Source of the DNA: Ministeria vibrans ATCC 50519
Lineage: Eukaryota > Protista > Filasterea
Direction of reading: 5' to 3'
NCBI GenBank assembly: GCA_943704425.1
Contig: CALSCP010002399.1
Span: 88,515 to 152,514, forward strand
Length of the DNA stretch: 64,000 nt
Made by a program: the position numbers and the translations under genes. Positions 1 to 13,535 of this stretch are shown piece by piece. Within the stretch, counting starts at the first letter, position 1, and each line of letters starts with the position of its first letter. The notes beneath the pieces were generated by a model. It was given only the letters and a program-made list of their open reading frames with translations. It searched no databases and had not been told where the DNA came from.

Positions 1-81
1 AAAAAAAAAAAAAAAAAAAATCAACAGGGAAAACGAGCCACAGACACACATAGTGTGACTGACATGGGGTGTGTATTGCAG

Positions 82-2096
82 TGCCATTCGTCCGCAACGC
101 TCCAGCGCCAAGTTCTCCGACACTCTCTTCTACGTCTTCACCTCCGGCACGACAGGTGACACATTCTATATACGTATATGTCTCTCACCCTCACCATTAC
201 TCTCGCGCACAATAACAGGACTTCCTAAGGCTGCAGTGGTCAAGCACGACCGCTTCTTCTACATGTCGTTCAGTCTGGGCTCAATGCTCTGTGTGCGTCC
301 ATCTGACCGTATCTACTGCACTCTTCCTCTCTACCACACAGCAGGTACCACAATTCAATGACAATGCTTGGACTGTGGTTTGAGTCTGATTGTGGCGTGG
401 TAACTGTTTTTGCTCTCAGGTGGCATTTTGGGCGTTGGAATGTGCTTTCGCATTGGCTGTACTGTGGTGCTACGTCGCAAGTTCAGCGCTAGTCGTTTCT
501 GGGACGAATGTCGCGACCAACGCGTCACAGTCATCCAAGTACACATCCTCAAAAGAACAAGAGAAGGGAGAAAGAAACAGAGTGATGGAGAGGGGAAAAA
601 GTGATAAAGAGAGAGGGAAAAATGATTGAGAGAGCTCATACTCGCACTCTTTTCTTGTGTCCGGACAGTACATTGGGGACCTGTGTCGATTCCTACTGGC
701 CCAACCGCCACGTGACGACGACGGGCAGCGCCACTCTGTGCGTCTGGCCGTCGGCAATGGTCTCCGTCCCGATGTCTGGCGGGACTTTGTCGCCCGTTTC
801 AATGTCCCCCAAGTCGGAGAATTCTACGGCGCAACTGAAGTACTCTCATTTTTTATAATACTATTTATCCACACGTTTGGGTATTTGCTCATTTGTGTGG
901 TTTCTATTGCATTGATTTGTTGTAGGGCAATGCCAATATGGTCAATACGGAGAATAAAATGGGCTCGTGTGGATTCAACTCAGTAATTCTCCCGAGTGTC
1001 TATCCAGTGCGGCTCATCCGGTACACTGACTCGCACACTTATATTTTTTTTTCTCCCTCTTTCGTTTTTTTTTTGTCTCCTTCCCTTCTCTCTCTCACAC
1101 ACATTCTGTGTCAGGTACAACACTGAGACTGAGCAGCCACTGCGCGACCCCATCACAAACCTGTGCATTGCGTGTCCTGCAGGCGAAGTGGGTGAGCTGG
1201 TGGGCCGCATCAAAGATAACGACCCCCTTCGAAAGGTACGTGTTCCATTCACCTCACACCTTCTCATCGTTCCGCTCTGTAGTATGATGGGTATGTGGGC
1301 AATGAGTCTGCGTCCAAGTCCAAAGTACTTCACAATGTGTTCACCAAGGGTGACATGTACTTCCGCACTGGTACTCCCACATAATTATGGTGTACATTTT
1401 GTCGCTATGCCTCTCTCACCCATTTTCGTCCTCTTTCACAATTTTTCACTCAGGGGATCTTCTCGAGTCTGATCAACTAGGCTTTATGTACTTCCGTGAC
1501 CGCATTGGCGATACGTTTCGATGGCGTGGCGAAAATGTCAGCACAACGGAAGTGGAGCGTGTATGTCATTCCTTCTTTGAGGAGGATACGCACGAGAGCG
1601 AGTCAAAGAGCACCAGTGGCAAGAAGACGAAGAAGAAGAAGAAAGGCAAGGCGGAAGGGAGTTCCGAGGACGATGAGACCGCGTCGCTCGTCAGCTGTGT
1701 TGTCTTTGGCGTGTCTGTGCCTAAGAACGAAGGTCGTGCTGGAATGTGTGCCATTGTGTTCAATGATCCCAACACAGACTTAGGTATACTGCAGAGCACA
1801 CAAAGTGATGACACTAACAACCCTTCAACACGTTTTCAGACTCAATTGACTTGAGTGCATTCCGCTCCTTCATTGAAGACGAACTGCCCGCCTACGCGCG
1901 ACCGGTCTTTGTGCGACTCATTGCGTCTCCCCCACCCTCCATGATGACGGGCACTTTTAAAGTCATCAAGACGCACCTCAAGCGCGACGCCTTCACTGCG
2001 CCTCTCTCCTTCGTGTGGGATGCTACCGCTCGTCGCTACGTTCTTCTTGACGAGGCCACCATGGCACGTCTTAATGCTGGCTCCATTCGCCTCTAA
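82..2096 (+). CDS. SLC27A: Fatty acid transport protein / very-long-chain acyl-CoA synthetase (SLC27/FATP family), 5'-truncated, multi-exon
   Basis: Spliced motifs YVFTSGTTG|LPKAA (AMP-binding), [37 protein letters not shown]|[48 protein letters not shown]; stop at 2094-2096. Confidence 0.93.
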
Positions 2097-2211
2097 AAAC
2101 TCAATAAATACTTTGTTCGTTGTTCTCTTTCTTTTTCTTCTCAAGTTTTAGCCTAAACGTGTACTTAACTATCTCCATCCCCTCTCTCGTCTCTCGCTAA
2201 GATGACCCTTT

Positions 2212-2242
<31 letters not shown>

Positions 2243-2297
2243 GTGCGTTACGCTTATTCTCTCTCAACATATGTCATGGGGAACTTTNNNNNNNNNN

Positions 2298-2400
<103 letters not shown>

Positions 2401-2408
2401 CGTTACGC

Positions 2409-4257
<1,849 letters not shown>

Positions 4258-5093
4258 GGTGGGGAGCGCCCCTGATGTCCCTACTGCTGCCAGTGCTGCT
4301 GCGTTTCCGTCAAGTGCTGCATAGAGTGATAGTGAGTCGCTTTCGATTGTTTTCCTTATCCGTTGAGCGTTTTTTTTTTAAAAAAAAAAGCACAAAGAAC
4401 GATTAACACTGAGGCTGGTGAGACTGCTGCTATCCGCAGTGAGTCTTGTGCAGCAGTAACATTGGCGCAGTGGGCCAGGCGGTGGAAAGCGCTTTGAGGA
4501 AAGGATGAAATGGATCGAAGAACAAAAAAAAATCCGTCACAAATCGTCACTACTTCCAAAACATCTGGAAAGACACTCTAAAAGCGACAGCGGAGCCGAC
4601 GGGGCCACTCGCACCCACACCCGATGACGGGTGAACGAGCTCGCGGGAGGACGGCGGGGCGGAGAGGGCAGTGGCGGCGCAGAGAGAGAAAATGAGACGT
4701 GAAGAGCTCTTGCTTACCCAAAAGTAGACTGTCCACAGCTCCAGAGAGATCCTTTTGGGCCTAAGTGCATGCGATCGGTTAGAGTGACGACACGCGCGAA
4801 CAGAGGCGTTTCTTGGAGAGGGAAAGACGAACGACGAAAAGAAACAACAAAGAGATCGTACCATCGACAGGAGGGGTGCGTGTGCCTAAATGTGTGTGTC
4901 GAAGAGAGAAACGATCGAAGGATAACGAACAATTCGTTACTCGAGTGATCAGAGATGAGTGATCAGTGATGTCGGCAATGAGTGAATCTCTGACTCATGA
5001 TTGATCGCCAACCACGTCGTCCGCTAATCACTATTGTCTAATCACTGATTTGTCACTTCTCACGTTCACCACCTCCTCGTTGTCGTCCCTGCC

Positions 5094-5762
5094 ATGGAGG
5101 GATCTCCGGACGAGCAGTAAGCGTGTGCAAGTGTACGCCGTTCCGCTCATCCCTTCTCGCTTTGTAGTAAACTGTTTCTGGGCAGTCTCAGCTGGGAAAC
5201 CAATGAAGGTGGGTGGGTGTGTGTGGGTGTGTTGGTGGCGTGGGGATGCGGTTCCTCTGTGGATTGCTATTTCGTCGTTTTGTGTTTCATTTTCTCTCTG
5301 TCGCTGATAAAACCGTTCGCTTTGCATTCAGACGGAATCCGCGGATACTTTTCGCGGTTTGGCGAGGTGGTTGATGCCGTTGTGAAGACTGATTCGAACA
5401 CTGGGCGCCCGCGGTATGAGAGTGGACGTGTGGTCGTTCGAGACGGATTAACTTTTTTTTTTTTTCTCACTCTCTCTCTCTCTCTCTTAGTGGCTTTGGG
5501 TTTGTTCTCTTCCGTGACAGTGCCGCTATGACGCGTGCCCTCGAAGGCAAACCGCATACATTGGATGCACGTCAAATAGACGTCCAAATGGCTACGTCGC
5601 GACAGCCCAAGGGTCCACCCTCGCACGCACAGCACGATTCGCGTCCCGCCCAGTCGCACGAGCACCATCAACCGCCGGCGCATCAGTCACAGCAGCACCA
5701 AGGCGCTCCCTATCAATCCAACACTTCTCGCTATGGAGGACCGCCTCCTCCTGCGGAAATGT

Positions 5763-5801
<39 letters not shown>

Positions 5802-5995
5802 TGTATGATTGTATGTATGTGTACGTGTGGTGTGTGAGCCATTGCACCTGAAAGATCTTCCCCTATGTGCAGCCAAGAACCTCTTGCTGACACCTGCAAA
5901 GTGTTTGTGGGAGGTGTGTCGCAACACACCACCGTTGAGAAGTTTCGAGCTTTTTTTGAAGACCGATTTGGACGCGTAATTGACATACCCAAAAC

Positions 5996-6047
<52 letters not shown>

Positions 6048-7205
6048 TGTGCATGCTTAGGTGAGGGACGCCATGCTGATGCGCGATCGAGATACAGGAC
6101 GTCAGCGAGGGTTTGGGTTTGTGATGTTTGAGACGGTTGAGCAGGCACATCGCGTGGTGCGAGAGCACGGGAACAAGCGAGATCTGCAGCTGGATGGCAA
6201 GTCGTTTGAGGTGAAGATGGCACAGCCTGAGGGCTCGTCGGCACTGGCCAAGCCCATGAGTGGGCCACCACCACGACGGGGTGGCGGTGCAGGGTCCTCG
6301 TACCCGCGCGACCACCCGCCGCGCGACCGAAGTGATCGGGGCGATCGTGACTCGTACCGCGACCGACGTGACTATGGTTCATCGCGCAGTGGCTATCGAG
6401 GAGGGGATGGGGCCGAGGGAGGGCGCGCTGCTGGTGGTGGTAGCTGGAGTGGGGGTGGGGCTGCGTACGAGAGGGAACGTGACTACGCCTACAGCGGCGG
6501 TGGCGGTGGCGGTGGCACGGGTGCGGGCGCGTACTACCCGCCAAGTGCACCTGCCGACCCTGCTGCGGGTCCCGCCACCTACCGATTCAACGCGAGTGCC
6601 ACGCTGGACTCAGCGTCGCCAGTGCAGCCTCCGCCTCACATCCCGGTCTCTGTTGCTACCTATGCCCCTCTTACGCCACAACAGCAACATCGTATGAGAA
6701 GAAGAAATTACAATGGTATCGTTTAGTGCTCGTGTTAATTGTGGTTTCTGTCTAGTGCTGTCTCAAGTGGCGGCCGCCGCAACCCCAGGTGCACCTCTAC
6801 CATCATCTTCATCAGTCGGTGGAAACAGCGGCTACTATGACTACCGTGATGCTCCCAACGCACCTCCACAGGCACAACAGCATCAGGCGCCGCCTCCGCC
6901 CCAACAGCACCACCACATTCATCAGCAACCACCTCACTCTCAGTCACAGGCGCAGTACAATCCTGCAGCTCCCACCCACCACCACCACCAACCGCAGCAA
7001 CAGCAGCAGCAGCAGCATCAGCAGCATCAGCAGCAGCAGCAGCAGTACCGTCCGCCCCCTCAAGTCTCCCACCACCAACAACACCAACATCACCAACAGC
7101 AGCCGCAGCAGTATCATGGTGCACCCTTATTTTTTTCCTCTCATTTTTTTTACTCACTCGGCCTCTTTTTTAGGACACTATCCTCCCTCGTCGTATGCCC
7201 CATGA
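5094..7205 (+). CDS. Two-RRM RNA-binding protein (Musashi/DAZAP1/hnRNP A-like) with Gly/Arg-rich and Q/H-rich low-complexity C-terminus
   Basis: KLFLGSLSWETNE|DGIRGYFSRFGEVVDAVVKTDSNTGRPR|GFGFV; second RRM KVFVGGVSQHTTVEKFRAFF...RDTGRQRGFGFVMF. Confidence 0.88.
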
Positions 7206-7280
7206 AGAGCAACTCTGACATGCCAAGGAGATACCCCCCTTCCCCTTGTTATTTTTTAAAATGAGAATGTGTATACAATT

Positions 7281-8996
7281 TCACCATTTACAATCAAATG
7301 AGCGACTGTGAGTGACGCGAATGTGTCTGAGGGAGTGCTGTACGAGGGGTGAGTCGGGCAGAGCGGCATTGAGTGGGGTCATGAGTGGAAGAGGAGTGCA
7401 GTCGAGGGTGACGTCGGGACGAGTGGCGAGGACAGCGCTGATGGCACGTAGGTTGTGCGGGAGCACTGGACCTTCAATGGCCAACTTGTACTGTTGGTGG
7501 TGGTGCTGCTGCTGCTGTTGTTGTTGTTGTTGTTGTTGTTGTGATGATGATTGGGTTGTCGTTGATGTGGTCACGCGCTTATCAAATTTAATCGGAAGGC
7601 ATTCAAGAGAGGCGTGAAGAAAGGGACGCGCGGCAAGGAGACGCGGCGAGTGACTGGCAACGAGAGGACGATTGACGACAAAGTTGTACAGAGCATGGAC
7701 ACTGTCGCATGGAAAAACAAGTAGCGATGCAGACGTGCCGTCCAGGCTAATTTCACGGCGCCGCTGGGCGTCCTGGCGCAGATGTTCAATATCTGTCAGA
7801 AGCGCACTGCGTGAGCCACTCTCATCCTCTTCCTCCTCCTCCTCCTCCTCTTCCTCCTCCTCTTCTTCTTCTTCTTCATCTTCGTCCTCTTTGTCCCTCT
7901 CTTCCCTCTTAGCATTGACATCATCACGATCATCTGCATCCACTTTGCTTCGCTTTGGCTTTGACTGCTGCTTCTCACTGATATCGCCACCACGTAAGGG
8001 CATTTCAAAGTCGACTCCATCGTGAGTGAGTCGCTTGCGCAGTGCCATTGTGGACGCAGTGATGACAGCGGTGAGTGCACCCGCACAGCTGCGCGACAAG
8101 AACACCACTGTGATTTTCGAGTCGGTCAGGTACACTTGTGGCAGTAGGTCTGCCTTGACAAGGTGGTAGGCACTTTCGAGGGCCTCCACAAAGTGTGTGC
8201 GGTCCGCTTGTGTGACCACACTAGAGTGCACTGTCAGAGAACGTTGCCAGTAGAGACGCGCCGCGTAGAAAGCGGCACTGGCCGACATGGCGTCGACGGT
8301 GATGGGGGCGTCCACATGACAACTGGCAAGGCCGACTGCAGCGTCGGCAGCACGTAACCGTTTGGTGAGCATGGAGAGGCTCGTACGACTAGAAATGCCA
8401 ACACGACCCTTGATGGTGAGATCAAGCGGGAGGTGAGCGACGTCGTTGCACTCGCGTCGCGGTGGCGGCGGTGCATCACTATCGGATGTAGCAATTGCCG
8501 TTGTGGTTGTGGGGTGCGAGTCGGTGGCAGGCATACGCCGCGAGGGACGGGGTCGTGTTGGTGTTTTGAGACGCACTTGCAAACTGGCATTGAGCATTGC
8601 TTCGATGGGATTTAGGTCGGCGACCTTTCGTCTTTTGACATCGTGCCCGTCGCCATCGGCGTCGTCAGTGTCGGGTGTGTCGCGGCGAACGAGGCCCACC
8701 TGAGAGGCAACAGCAAGCAAACGCGACGATGCGCGTCTGTCAACGGTCGTCGACGCGTCCGACGCAGGCGTCTCCTCTTTGCGCTCACGACTAGCAACAA
8801 TGGGGGCAGGAACATCGTGAGAGGGGTCGACGGTGTGCGAGGCGCCCTCTGTTGCTTGATCGTCGTGGCGAGCGTGAACATTGAGAAAGGCGCCACTTCT
8901 TCGACCGAGACTGTCCGCTTTGCCTGCAAACGGGTTTGCCTTTGCGGCCGTTCTTGTCGACGTTCGAAACTGTCGAAAAGGGTTATCCTGTGACAT
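7281..8996 (-). CDS. DONSON: DONSON (downstream neighbor of SON) replication factor, single exon
   Basis: LPLDLTIKGRV, ESAYHLVKADLLPQVYL, AVITASTMALRKRLTHDGVDFEMPL, acidic tract, PRLLAARPF and IEGPVLPH follow the DONSON conserved blocks in order. Confidence 0.82.
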   Translation of the reverse strand: MSQDNPFRQFRTSTRTAAKANPFAGKADSLGRRSGAFLNVHARHDDQATEGASHTVDPSHDVPAPIVASRERKEETPASDASTTVDRRASSRLLAVASQVGLVRRDTPDTDDADGDGHDVKRRKVADLNPIEAMLNASLQVRLKTPTRPRPSRRMPATDSHPTTTTAIATSDSDAPPPPRRECNDVAHLPLDLTIKGRVGISSRTSLSMLTKRLRAADAAVGLASCHVDAPITVDAMSASAAFYAARLYWQRSLTVHSSVVTQADRTHFVEALESAYHLVKADLLPQVYLTDSKITVVFLSRSCAGALTAVITASTMALRKRLTHDGVDFEMPLRGGDISEKQQSKPKRSKVDADDRDDVNAKREERDKEDEDEEEEEEEEEEEEEEEEEDESGSRSALLTDIEHLRQDAQRRREISLDGTSASLLVFPCDSVHALYNFVVNRPLVASHSPRLLAARPFLHASLECLPIKFDKRVTTSTTTQSSSQQQQQQQQQQQQHHHQQYKLAIEGPVLPHNLRAISAVLATRPDVTLDCTPLPLMTPLNAALPDSPLVQHSLRHIRVTHSRSFDCKW

Positions 8997-9128
8997 GTAG
9001 AAAGTAAAGCTGAGCAAAATTGTGAAAGGTAGAGCGTGAGCGTCAATTAATTCGTGAATAGTTTGCAATCATTCTTATTTCGCAACTCAAAGTCAAAGAC
9101 CAATTTTATTTATCTTCTTCCATTCTTC

Positions 9129-10331
9129 ATGCCAGTCTTCTCTACGCTCTTTCTCGGCGGAGTGGACTCGGGTAAGGCGTGTCTAGGAAAGGCACTGGAA
9201 TGGGGCGGGCAGTTCAGAAGTGTGCATGTGTCGCGACGGGCAGCAGTGAATCTTGCGCATGCGCAAGTGCGCACTCGAAGACTTGCCGACACCGCTGTGG
9301 TCGTGGTTTCGCTGCCTGCGTATGAATTTGAGGCGGGGCTGCAGGTGTCGCTCATACACTGCCGTCTGGCAATGGCGATGGGTCATGCGCGATTGGTGAT
9401 TGCGTTGACCAAGAGTGATTTGCTGGGCGATGACCTGCAAGAGAGATGCGCCCTTGTGGAGCGCACGCTGCGTCGCCGTCTCGCGCATGTCGGCCTCGAG
9501 ACCCTTATGGTCGTTTCCGTTTCCGCTGCGCCTTCCATTGGCGACGGAGGCCACAATGTGGTCGAGCGGAACAACGCGCGTTTGACTGCGTTGGCGAATG
9601 AGGAAGAAGGGTTCTGCTTGCAGGAGGCTCTCTTGGCGGTGGTGGCAGTGGAGGAGCGCACTGCACCGCTCCGGCTACAAGTGAGTCGTGTGTCTCCTCC
9701 TGATAGAGTGAGTGCAGTGGTGGTGCAGGGTGTGCTGCACCCAGGCACGCTCGAAGTACTGGTGGCGACTACGGATGCGGAGCAACGTATTGTCACTGGC
9801 GAATTGATGGACGACAGCAACGCCGACGAGAGAGAAGGAGCGGATGCAGATCCGTCGCGTATTCTGCAACTTAAACATGAAGAAGATTACTCTCTGGTGC
9901 AACTTGGTGCGCCTGTCGCTCCAATGTCCCATGGGTTCTCGGTGAGCTGCGAATGCGAAGCGCAACTGACATTATTTGAAGGGGCCGCCATCCCTCTGCG
10001 CCAGGGTTCACGCATCACTGTGACCCCACTGCTAGGGCACGACGTGACCGCGGACATTCTTGAAGTGCGTAGAATACAACCGTTGGCGCCTCGTCAAGAC
10101 GACCAACGACGCGTCAGTCGCACGACCATCACTGCCAACGACACGGCGCGCGTGCGACTTGCATTCACTCAGGCGACCCTGCTCAGTGCGCACTGTGTAT
10201 GTCCCGCATTCAGTGGTATGTGCATGTCACAGCCCAATGCAGGCATTGTCGTGGTGCTTTCTGTGGCGGCTGTGCGGCGGGGGCAGTTCACTAAGAGTCA
10301 GCACAAAAATCGAGACGGACAGGAGCCATAG
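9129..10331 (+). CDS. Degenerate EF1A/HBS1/eRF3-family translational GTPase-like protein (pseudo-GTPase), single exon
   Basis: GGVDSGKAC (G1-like), ADTAVVVVS...EFEAG, HCRLAMAMGHARLVIALTKSD (G4-like), PLRLQV (domain II start), CEAQL and TANDTARVRL (domain III); no DxPGH. Confidence 0.75.
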   Translation: MPVFSTLFLGGVDSGKACLGKALEWGGQFRSVHVSRRAAVNLAHAQVRTRRLADTAVVVVSLPAYEFEAGLQVSLIHCRLAMAMGHARLVIALTKSDLLGDDLQERCALVERTLRRRLAHVGLETLMVVSVSAAPSIGDGGHNVVERNNARLTALANEEEGFCLQEALLAVVAVEERTAPLRLQVSRVSPPDRVSAVVVQGVLHPGTLEVLVATTDAEQRIVTGELMDDSNADEREGADADPSRILQLKHEEDYSLVQLGAPVAPMSHGFSVSCECEAQLTLFEGAAIPLRQGSRITVTPLLGHDVTADILEVRRIQPLAPRQDDQRRVSRTTITANDTARVRLAFTQATLLSAHCVCPAFSGMCMSQPNAGIVVVLSVAAVRRGQFTKSQHKNRDGQEP

Positions 10332-10466
10332 CAATTCCAACAGTTTACAATAATAATATTCATATTAATTATTATTATTAATAATAAACGTATTATTATA
10401 ATAATTTTGTATTAACAGTTGCTCAGATGGAAAGTATACGAACATGAAAAATGAAAGAGGGAAGAG

Positions 10467-11717
10467 TCAGTGTTTGTGGGTGGGTAAGGTGGAATTGCTC
10501 TGCTCGACAATGGGAGTGCACTGCAGACATACACGCACTTTGCCAGTATGTGACGACGATGAGCTCTGTGAAGAGCGCTCGCTGAACTTGACAATGGTAA
10601 GGAACCTGGCAGAGCAAGAGCCACCGCAGATAACTCGGCCGCAGTGGCGGCAGTGGTGCTAATAATTAGGAGTGAGAGTGGAGTCTGTGAGTCTTTCTTT
10701 CTCTCAATCTCTCTCTCTCTCTTTCTCTCTATGTGTATCGTACTCTTCTTGAGAGTGCACTAAATTTCTTTTGGCACAGCTGGCAGGCACGCACGGCATC
10801 GTCCGGCACCCACCCGGGCGGTGCGCGGATGTTGGTTAGCATCACATTCTGATAGAGAAAATTGGGTGAAAATGTCAGGTGAAGCTGAGAGAGAGAGGAA
10901 AAAAAAAAACAAAGGCACATTCAATGATATGTACGTACACGAAGGGATTTGTCAATATCAAGCGGTGTTTGCCCTTGCTTGTTGAGCAAGTTCACAACAG
11001 CACCGCCCTCGAGAAGACAGATGATTGCTTCCAGGTTGTGGTTGCTTGCGCTGAGATGCAACGGTGTCTACGACCAAAGCCAAACAGGAAAATCAAAAAA
11101 AAAACAACAACAACAACAACAACAACAACAAGCCGAATCAAACAAACAAGCAGCACACTGCTGTACATCGGGACTTGGATACATTGTGCAGATTTTTTTT
11201 TTTTTGGTGTACTTGTCCTGCGTCGTCTTGGACGTTAACCGTCGCCGGATTCGCATTGATGAGGAAGGACACCATGTCCAGATGGGTTTCCGTGAACCCC
11301 GACGCAGCCTCGTGGAGAACGGTGCGCCCCGCACAGTCTACCGAAGCAACATCGAAGCCTGCGGGCGAGTGCGTCGGCGGGTGAGTGGCACTGCACACAT
11401 AGTAGCGCAAACAAGACGAAGAATACACAAAGCATCTTACCCCCTTTGACGGCAGCACGCAGCTCGTCCATGTTTCCATTCAAAATGGTCGTCCACACGT
11501 CCACCAGGGACACTTGGGCAGACTCTCGCTTGGCGACTTGTCGAGGCGTAGCGTCGGAGTGGACGCGCGGAGAGTCACCGTCGCTTGTCGACCCTCTGCT
11601 AGTCGCGCGGTCCTCTGACGGCGGACTTCTTCTCCCACTACCCTCGTGGCTCTCAAGCGTGTCGGGGGCGGGCGGTGACGACGACGACGACGACGCATCG
11701 GCTTCGGTCGAGTCCAT
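10467..11717 (-). CDS. Ankyrin-repeat + C-terminal FYVE zinc finger protein
   Basis: GRTVLHEAA, GQ|TPLHLSA, GQTPLD ankyrin motifs; WVPD..CQLC..KF..RR|HHCRHCGRVIC..RVC FYVE signature. Start taken as MDSTEAD; upstream in-frame ATGs exist at 11876 and 11927. Confidence 0.85.
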
Positions 11718-11944
11718 CTTGGCCAGAGTTCGTTGTTCGCGACGAAGATCGGAAAGGGTCAGCGAGTGCGAGTCGTATTGCCCAAAACGAGATGAATTAC
11801 GGTCGATAACACCGAGAATGAACTGGATAACAAAGATGGAGACGAAAGAGAGGACCACCACCAGAATCAAGTCCATAAAATTTGTGTAAATGATGGATCT
11901 AATTATTTTTATTTTATTGAATACCATTTGAGTCCATTTTTTTT

Positions 11945-12343
11945 ATGAACAACTCGACCTCGGACTCCAGTTGCAGCTTCCAGACCACAGCTACCACTTC
12001 CCAAGACCTTGTAACTGTACGTCAAACTTTTTTGATTTTATTCTGCAACTTTTTGCATGGATGACAAACCGCCGTGTGTCTCCTGCCGCTCCAGGTTACT
12101 CTACTGTTTTTTGCGCACAGTCGAGACCTTGCAGGCGTTTCTCAGGCATCAGTTTCCCTGTCGGCAAAGCCGCAGTCGCGTCAAGAGCTTCTGAACGCGA
12201 TAGTGACACATTTTCCGCCACTTGAAGTGTTGCGTGGTCGTCTTTTGCTCGCCATCAACGAGACGTACGTCGATCCCAGCGAGACAGTCACACTTCAGAC
12301 GGGCGCAGAGGTTGCTGTAATTCCACCTCTGTCCGGCGGCTGA
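11945..12343 (+). CDS. MOCS2A: Molybdopterin synthase small (sulfur carrier) subunit, MoaD-like; intron 12017-12094
   Basis: VTLLFFA..RDLAG...LAINETYV...EVAVIPPLSGG* with C-terminal Gly-Gly; phase-0 GTACGT..CAG intron joins it to the ATG at 11945. Confidence 0.9.
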
Positions 12344-12403
12344 ACACCAACGAGTGGACTGGAGTGTGGAGGAAGGAGTGAGGGAGAGAGGAGGAGGAGG
12401 AGG

Positions 12404-12835
12404 ATGGATTCGATAGTGCTGACGAGCGAGCCGCTGAGTCTGGACGCTGCTGTGCGCTTCTGTCAGCATGCGAGTGTGGGGGGAATAGCGACATTTGTAG
12501 GGACGACACGGGACACCTTTGAAGGGCGGCCTGTCGCGCGCCTTGAGTACACCGCGTACGAGTCGATGGCGACCAAGGAGCTACAGCGCGTTGCCAACGC
12601 CATGCGCGCCAAATGGCCCTCGCTGGTCGCTACGGCAGTGCACCACCGCCTCGGCGTGGTTCCCGTCTGCGACATCTCTGTTATCATTGTTGCGGCGGCC
12701 CCTCACCGTCGCGACGCTCTTGATGCCGTTGCATTTGCCATTGACCTGCTTAAGAGCACAGTGCCCATTTGGAAGAAGGAGATTTATGCGGATTCGGGTG
12801 ATGGAGTGTGGAAGGAGAATTGTTGTCAAAAGTGA
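12404..12835 (+). CDS. MOCS2B: Molybdopterin synthase large (catalytic) subunit, MoaE-like
   Basis: GGIATFVGTTRDTFEG..LEYTAY..MA, HRLG, HRRDA, LKSTVPIWKKE.Y, WKEN. Confidence 0.95.
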   Translation: MDSIVLTSEPLSLDAAVRFCQHASVGGIATFVGTTRDTFEGRPVARLEYTAYESMATKELQRVANAMRAKWPSLVATAVHHRLGVVPVCDISVIIVAAAPHRRDALDAVAFAIDLLKSTVPIWKKEIYADSGDGVWKENCCQK

Positions 12836-12866
12836 AAGATGAAAAAAAAACAATGTTGTATATTGA

Positions 12867-12942
<76 letters not shown>

Positions 12943-12971
12943 AGTGTGTGTGTGCTCTCGGTCTCCTCCGT

Positions 12972-13442
12972 CTATGTGATGATGAGCTTTGCGTCGCTGT
13001 GACCACATCGGTCCTTGTTGAGCTCAAAGAGCGCGGTGAGGGCATCAACGTACTGGCTGTGACACTCGTCGACGAGTGCGTCGGAGGGATTGTCGGTGTA
13101 GGGGAGAACGAGGGGGGCGCCGACGACCGCCGTAACGGGCGCGGCATAAGGGACGATGGGAAAGGGCAGGGCGTACCGGCCGTAGTACAGCGGTAAAAAG
13201 GCACGCATGTGCTTGCCGAGAAAGCGGTTGAGACGCAGCAGAGGCCCTTCCACTTGGCTGAGCAGGTCTGCGGAGACAGAAAAAGAAAAAGCGAAAGAGT
13301 GAAATTACGAAACACGCACTTGAAATCACTTTTGGTTATCCATCACGTTGACTATCCATCACTTTAGTTCTCGCTCTTTATCACTTTGACTTTGATTCTC
13401 TCTCGCGCGATCACTTTGTTTTTTTTGTTTTCTTTTTCTTTC

Positions 13443-13535
<93 letters not shown>

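Noticed and set aside
11718-11927. Apparent N-terminal TM helix on the ANK-FYVE protein
   Set aside because: It would put the start within 18-70 bp of the divergent MOCS2A ATG; more likely T-rich promoter/UTR read in frame. Not excluded without cDNA.
12385-12403. Shine-Dalgarno-like GGAGG before MOCS2B as evidence of a bacterial operon or contamination
   Set aside because: It is part of a (GGA)n repeat, MOCS2A has a spliceosomal intron, and the context is eukaryotic.
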